A DNA stretch of 64,000 bases from Chloroflexota bacterium. Lineage in GTDB: Bacteria > Chloroflexota > Anaerolineae > UBA1429. The position numbers and the translations under genes were made by a program. Positions 59,194-64,000 of this stretch are shown here, piece after piece; the first letter of the stretch is position 1, and every line of letters begins with the position of its first letter. The stretch covers positions 18,645 through 82,644 of the forward strand of contig DAIPBO010000012.1 in the NCBI GenBank assembly GCA_036774405.1. Reading direction: 5' to 3'. The notes beneath the pieces are model-generated. The model did not search any database and was not told where the DNA came from. It worked only from the letters and a program-made list of their open reading frames with translations.

Positions 59194-60151
59194 TCTCGAG
59201 CGCATCGCCGAGGTGCTGGCCGGTGCCGAGAGCGTGCTGCTGGTGTCGCACGTGTCGCCCGATGGCGACACCATCGGCTCGACGCTGGGCATCATGTGGG
59301 CGTTGCGCGCGTTGAGCGTGCCGGTGCGGGTCGCGTGCGATGATCCGGTGCCGCAAGAAGCGGCTTTTCTGCCCGGCGCCGAGCTCTATACAACTGAGCC
59401 GTATGCCGGCGAAGAGGTGGTTCTGGGCGTAGATGCCAGTGACATGAGACGTCTGGGCAACATCGTTGCCGGTGTCGACGTCGAGAGCATCATCCTGGCC
59501 GAGATCGACCACCACAGCACCAACCAGGGCTTTGCGGCGCTCAACTATGTACGCGAAACCTCTGCGACGGCCGAGCTGGCATTGGATCTCGTGCGGGTGC
59601 TGGGAGCTCCCCTTGATGGGCGCATCGCCACATGCCTGCTCACTGGCCTGGTGAGCGACACAAGGGGCTTTCGCACCAGTAGCACGACAGTCGACAGTCT
59701 GGCGACGGCTCACGCGCTCGTGGCAGTGGGAGGCGATCTGGGCCTGGTGACCGATCGGCTGTTCAACCACGTTTCGCCAGCAGCGCGCAGGCTATGGAGC
59801 GTGGCGCTGGCCGATCAGCACCTCGACGAAGGCATCCTCTGGATCGATCTCCCCCTCGCCCTGCTCGAGTCGTTGGGCGAAGGCGAGCCGGACACGCGAG
59901 GGCTCATCGGCCTGCTCATCAGCTTTGACGAGGCGAAGATTGCGGCTCTTTTTCGGGAACTGCCCGAGGGAGGCATCGATGTGAGCCTGCGCTCGCGGCC
60001 TGGCATCGATGTGGCCACGGTAGCCTATGCGCTGGGGGGGGGCGGGCATCCGCAGGCAGCAGGGTGTCAGTTGCCTGGCGCTCTGAGCGACGAGCGGCCG
60101 CGTGTGCTGGCCGCGCTAAAGCAGGCGCTGTTGGCAGCGCGTAAGGCCTGA
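59186..60151 (+). CDS. nrnA: DHH/DHHA1-family phosphoesterase NrnA (oligoribonuclease/pAp phosphatase)
   Basis: DHH motif (HVSPDGDTIGS, DHH at IDHHSTN) and DHHA1 with GGGH. Start overlaps the rbfA stop. Confidence 0.85.
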   Translation: MNDLERIAEVLAGAESVLLVSHVSPDGDTIGSTLGIMWALRALSVPVRVACDDPVPQEAAFLPGAELYTTEPYAGEEVVLGVDASDMRRLGNIVAGVDVESIILAEIDHHSTNQGFAALNYVRETSATAELALDLVRVLGAPLDGRIATCLLTGLVSDTRGFRTSSTTVDSLATAHALVAVGGDLGLVTDRLFNHVSPAARRLWSVALADQHLDEGILWIDLPLALLESLGEGEPDTRGLIGLLISFDEAKIAALFRELPEGGIDVSLRSRPGIDVATVAYALGGGGHPQAAGCQLPGALSDERPRVLAALKQALLAARKA

Positions 60152-60162
60152 GGTCCCTGTCT

Positions 60163-61044
60163 ATGGGCCGCGACGAGAGCGCTATCCTCAACATCGACAA
60201 GCCAAGCGGCTGGACATCGCATGATGTGGTGGCCCGTCTACGTCGCATCACCGGTGTGCGGCGCATTGGCCATGCCGGCACACTCGATCCGCTGGCGACG
60301 GGTGTGCTGGTGGTGTGTGTGGGTGCGGCCACGCGCCTCTCCGAGTACCTGATGGCGGGCGACAAGCGCTATCGCGCCACACTGCACCTGGGCATCGAGA
60401 CCGACACCTGGGATGCGGACGGCCAGGTGGTGGCGCGCACCGACGCGTGCGCCGTTACCGCTGAGCAGTTCTGCGCAGCCTGCGCAGGTTTGGTAGGTCA
60501 GAGCGAGCAGACGCCGCCCATCTATTCGGCCATCAAGCGCAATGGGCAACCGCTCTATCGCCTGGCGCGGCGGGGCGAGCAGATCACGGCTGACCCTCGG
60601 CCCGTGACCATCTACGCCATCGAGGTTCTATCGTTCGCACCACCTCTGGCGACTATTGATGTGAGCTGTAGCAAGGGCACGTATATCCGCTCGCTGGCTC
60701 ACGATCTGGGCAGGGGGCTGGGCTGTGGGGCGTATCTGGCGGCGCTGCGCAGGGAGCGTTCTGGCAGCATGGGGCTCGATACGGCGGTGCCGCTCGATGT
60801 GCTGTCAGCGACAAACTGGCGCGAGCACCTGTTGTCGCCGTGGCAGGCTCTGGCCGATTGGCCGCGCGTGACGGTGACTGGCGAACGGAGAGCTGAACTG
60901 CTGCTGGGCCGCGCCATCACGCTGGCCGACGTCAAAGCAGACCTGTGCTTTGCCTTTGACCATACCGGCGAGCTGGTGGCGGTATTGACCCCAGACGCGA
61001 CGCCTGGTCTCATGCGCCCCATCAAGGTGTTGGCCAGGGCCTGA
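60163..61044 (+). CDS. truB: tRNA pseudouridine(55) synthase TruB
   Basis: NIDKPSGWTSHDVV and GHAGTLDPLATG catalytic Asp motif. Confidence 0.95.
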   Translation: MGRDESAILNIDKPSGWTSHDVVARLRRITGVRRIGHAGTLDPLATGVLVVCVGAATRLSEYLMAGDKRYRATLHLGIETDTWDADGQVVARTDACAVTAEQFCAACAGLVGQSEQTPPIYSAIKRNGQPLYRLARRGEQITADPRPVTIYAIEVLSFAPPLATIDVSCSKGTYIRSLAHDLGRGLGCGAYLAALRRERSGSMGLDTAVPLDVLSATNWREHLLSPWQALADWPRVTVTGERRAELLLGRAITLADVKADLCFAFDHTGELVAVLTPDATPGLMRPIKVLARA

Positions 61045-61163
61045 TAAGGGCACTGGATGACGACTGTGTGGTTGGCAGGTGGGGCTTCTGCGGCTAGAAT
61101 ATGGGTTACCAAAGCGCCGCTTGCGGCGCGCAGCATACGCCACTCCAAAGGCGGGCAGAGACC

Positions 61164-62105
61164 ATGCGGATTTCCACCAGCCTCGATTGTCTGGGCCCTG
61201 GCGAGCGCATTGCGCTTACCATCGGCGCCTTTGACGGGCTGCATATCGGTCATCAGCACCTTATCCGACAACTGGTGCAGCATGCCCATCAGCGCGGCTT
61301 GCTGGCCGCCGCCCTCACCTTTGAGCCCCACCCCCGCAAGGTACTGATGCCCGAGCGCAAGCTGACGCTGCTCAGCAGCGTGCATGAGCGCGATGCCGTT
61401 TTCAACGCCCTGGGTCTCGATCTGTTGCTCTTGCTGCCCTTTACCCGCGAGCTGGCGGCCACCGGCGCGCGAGAGTTTGTGCGCCATCTCGCTGGGTGCC
61501 TGCACATGGCCGAGCTTTGGGTGGGAGAGGATTTTGCCCTTGGCCGCGACCGTGGCGGCGACCGTCGAGCCCTGGCCGAGCTGGCCTCAGAGCTGGGCTA
61601 TCGTCTGCATGTGGTGCCCCCGCTGATGTTGGGTGGCGAGCCGGTGAGCAGCACGCGCATCCGTGCCCTGATCGAGGCGGGGCGCATGCCTGAGGCCGCT
61701 GAGCTGCTCGGCCGCGAGTACTGCGTAAACAGTGTGGTGGTGCCTGGCGCGCAGCGCGGGCGCACCCTGGGCTTTCGCACCGCCAACCTGCGCATTGCGG
61801 CCGAGCGCGCCAAGCCGCCCAATGGCGTCTATGCCGTTCGCGTCGAGCTTGATGGTATGGAGCTGCCGGGCGTGGCCAACCTGGGTATCCGCCCAAGCTT
61901 TGATGCTGGCGAGGTGCTGCTCGAGGTGCACCTGCTGGGCATCGAGCGCGACCTGTACGGCCTCGACCTGCGGGTGCGCTTTGTCGAGCGGCTGCGCGGC
62001 GAGATGGCTTTTGACGATGTTGAGGCGCTCAAGGCCCAGGTGCAGCGCGACATTGCCCAGGCGGCCCAGATTCTGGGCACCGAGGTGCCCGAGCGAGGCA
62101 GCTGA
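61164..62105 (+). CDS. ribF: Bifunctional riboflavin kinase / FMN adenylyltransferase
   Basis: GAFDGLHIGHQ (FAD synthetase) and C-terminal riboflavin kinase motifs (PTANL-like, GVY...E). Confidence 0.9.
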   Translation: MRISTSLDCLGPGERIALTIGAFDGLHIGHQHLIRQLVQHAHQRGLLAAALTFEPHPRKVLMPERKLTLLSSVHERDAVFNALGLDLLLLLPFTRELAATGAREFVRHLAGCLHMAELWVGEDFALGRDRGGDRRALAELASELGYRLHVVPPLMLGGEPVSSTRIRALIEAGRMPEAAELLGREYCVNSVVVPGAQRGRTLGFRTANLRIAAERAKPPNGVYAVRVELDGMELPGVANLGIRPSFDAGEVLLEVHLLGIERDLYGLDLRVRFVERLRGEMAFDDVEALKAQVQRDIAQAAQILGTEVPERGS

Positions 62106-62521
62106 TGTTGCCAGGCGGCTACACTGAGCGACCGCACCCGGCCGACCTGTGCCTGGCGGTGTGGGGCAATAGCCGCGCACAGCTATATCGTCACGCGGCG
62201 CTGGCGCTGTTTGAGACGCTCGGCTGCACAGTGGGGCCCGGGCCACAGACCGTCAACCACGAGATTCACCTTACTGCCCCTGACCCCGAGACGCTACTGG
62301 TCGACTGGCTGAGCGAGCTGCTGTACGAGAGCGAGCGACAGCAGGCTTGCTGGCAACGCTACACTCTGCACCACGTTACGACCACCGTGCTGCAAGCCAC
62401 CGCACTAGGCATTCGCCCGGCCAGGCCACAGCGCGAAGTCAAGGCCGTCACCTATACAGGGCTCGAGATCGTCGAGGATATGGGCGGCCGTTGGACGGCG
62501 ACGATCACCTTTGATGTGTGA
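62105..62521 (+). CDS. Archease (RtcB activator)
   Basis: 138 aa. Archease pattern (DL...AL...HEI...LLVDWLSELLY). Start overlaps the ribF stop. Immediately upstream of rtcB. Confidence 0.8.
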   Translation: MLPGGYTERPHPADLCLAVWGNSRAQLYRHAALALFETLGCTVGPGPQTVNHEIHLTAPDPETLLVDWLSELLYESERQQACWQRYTLHHVTTTVLQATALGIRPARPQREVKAVTYTGLEIVEDMGGRWTATITFDV

Positions 62522-62544
62522 ATGCGTCGCCAGAGGAGGTCAAT

Positions 62545-64000
62545 ATGAGCACGACACGCGTGCCCACAAGACGAGATCTGCGGCAGATCTCGCCATGGGT
62601 GTGGGAGGTGTCGGCATCTTTTCGAGATGATATGCGGGCGCCGGCGCGCCTGTACGCCGACGAGGATATCCTGGCTCAGGCGTTGAGCGACCGCTCGCTC
62701 GAGCAGTTGGTCAACACGGCCACGCTCCCAGGGATTGTGGGCTATGCCATGGCCATGCCCGATGTGCACCAGGGTTACGGCTTTCCCATCGGCGGGGTGG
62801 CGGCCACCAGTGTTAGCGATGGTGTGGTGTCTCCTGGCGGGGTGGGCTATGACATCAACTGTGGTGTACGGTTGCTGTCGACGGGCCTGCCTGCCCACGA
62901 CGTGGCGCCGTTCATCGGCGAACTGATGTCGGCTCTGTTCCGCGAGGTGCCGGTAGGCGTGGGCTCCTCGGGCGAGGTGCGCGTCGATCGGCAAGAGCTG
63001 CGCCAGGTGCTGGCTGAAGGCGCTGGCTGGGCGGTGCGCAAAGGCATGGGCCTCGCGGCAGACCTCGAACACACTGAAGATCACGGCTGCCTGGCAGGCG
63101 CCGACCCATCCAAAGTGAGCCCACGGGCGCTGGAACGAGGGCTCGACCAGGTGGGCACGCTCGGCTCGGGCAACCATTTTCTAGAGATCGACGAGATCAC
63201 CGAAGTGTACGACGAAGCGGCTGCTGTCGCGCTGGGCTTGCGGCAGGGCGACCTGTGCGTCTGGATCCACTGTGGATCGCGCGGGCTCGGGCATCAGGTG
63301 TGCAGCGACTATGTACGGGCGCTGCAGCCTGCGGTTAGCCACTACAAGATCACCATCCCCGATCGTGAGCTGGTGTGCGCACCTGTAGAATCGCCCGAAG
63401 GACGCGATTATCTGGCCGCCATGGCCTGCGCTGCGAACTATGCCTGGGCCAACCGCCAGGTGATCACGCACTTTGTACGGCGCGTGTTTGAGCGCGTGCT
63501 CAGGGGGCGGCTGGGTGAGCCTGCGCTCGCGATGGTATACGATGTGTGCCACAATATCGCCAAGATCGAGATGCACTCCGTCGAAGGCCGGCCGGCCCGC
63601 GTCTGTGTACATCGCAAGGGCGCAACGCGGGCCTTTGGGCCTGGGCGCGCCGAGGTGCCAGAGGCCTATCGGCAACTTGGCCAGCCGGTGTTGATCCCTG
63701 GCAGCATGGGCACGGGCTCGTATGTGCTCTTGGGCACCGAGCGGGCCATGGCAGAGACCTTTGGCAGCGCCTGTCATGGGGCTGGTCGCACCATGAGCCG
63801 CCATGGAGCCACACGCAGCATCAGTGGGCGCGAGCTGCGTCTCGATTTGGAGCGCAGCGGGATTGCCGTACGGGCACACTCTGACAAGGGGCTGGCCGAA
63901 GAGGCGCCACAGGCCTACAAGGACGTCGATGCCGTCGTCGAGGTGGTGCACCAGCACGGCATGGCGCGCCGCGTTGCCCGCACACGGCCCCTGGGCGTGA
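62545..64000 (+). CDS. rtcB: RNA-splicing ligase RtcB (3'-truncated by the window edge)
   Basis: ATG after GAGGAGG. RtcB metal-binding and GMP-histidine motifs (GYDINCGVRLL, GSGNHFLE, CHNIAKIE, SACHGAGR). Absent from the track because it is unterminated. Confidence 0.9.
   Translation, partial: MSTTRVPTRRDLRQISPWVWEVSASFRDDMRAPARLYADEDILAQALSDRSLEQLVNTATLPGIVGYAMAMPDVHQGYGFPIGGVAATSVSDGVVSPGGVGYDINCGVRLLSTGLPAHDVAPFIGELMSALFREVPVGVGSSGEVRVDRQELRQVLAEGAGWAVRKGMGLAADLEHTEDHGCLAGADPSKVSPRALERGLDQVGTLGSGNHFLEIDEITEVYDEAAAVALGLRQGDLCVWIHCGSRGLGHQVCSDYVRALQPAVSHYKITIPDRELVCAPVESPEGRDYLAAMACAANYAWANRQVITHFVRRVFERVLRGRLGEPALAMVYDVCHNIAKIEMHSVEGRPARVCVHRKGATRAFGPGRAEVPEAYRQLGQPVLIPGSMGTGSYVLLGTERAMAETFGSACHGAGRTMSRHGATRSISGRELRLDLERSGIAVRAHSDKGLAEEAPQAYKDVDAVVEVVHQHGMARRVARTRPLGV

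Noticed and set aside
62452-63957. Minus-strand ORFs 62452..63177 and 63181..63957
   Set aside because: Antisense to rtcB. RtcB motifs are clear on the plus strand even though the unterminated gene is missing from the ORF track.

Overview
This is a high-GC (~66%) bacterial chromosomal segment. The gene content (RtcB with archease, GH4, BMP-type ABC transporter, many Ala/Leu-rich membrane proteins) fits a Chloroflexota-like genome, but that placement is an inference. Most of the window is housekeeping with dense, frequently start/stop-overlapping genes: rpiA, a BMP-family nucleoside-type ABC transporter, yebC-ruvC-ruvA, rplY, arfB, udk, bioY, queD, lon, mutL, tgt, uppP, proS, valS behind a T-box leader, mfd, pth, csoR-trxA, a GH4 glycosidase, nusA-ylxR-infB-rbfA-nrnA-truB-ribF, and archease-rtcB. 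Three accessory, conflict-system-like islands are embedded. The first is a self-contained cassette (promoter 3496 to terminator 6684) encoding a CHAT-protease/STAND-NTPase fusion translationally coupled to two small membrane proteins. The second is a 1081-aa NB-ARC/TPR STAND NTPase whose N-terminal domain looks like a catalytically dead CHAT fold; its stop overlaps the start of an LCAT-like alpha/beta-hydrolase (lipase) gene. The third is a 335-aa protein with a C-terminal HEPN-like Rx4H motif encoded immediately downstream of the ribosome-rescue factor ArfB. Other oddities are a BMP plus family-1 solute-binding-protein fusion lipoprotein, three translationally coupled polytopic membrane proteins (the last NuoN/Mrp-antiporter-like), a perfect 21-bp inverted repeat one base after a stop codon, and a terminator-containing leader upstream of nusA. 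The many long antisense ORFs in the six-frame track are high-GC artefacts. No rRNA, tRNA, CRISPR or IS elements were found.
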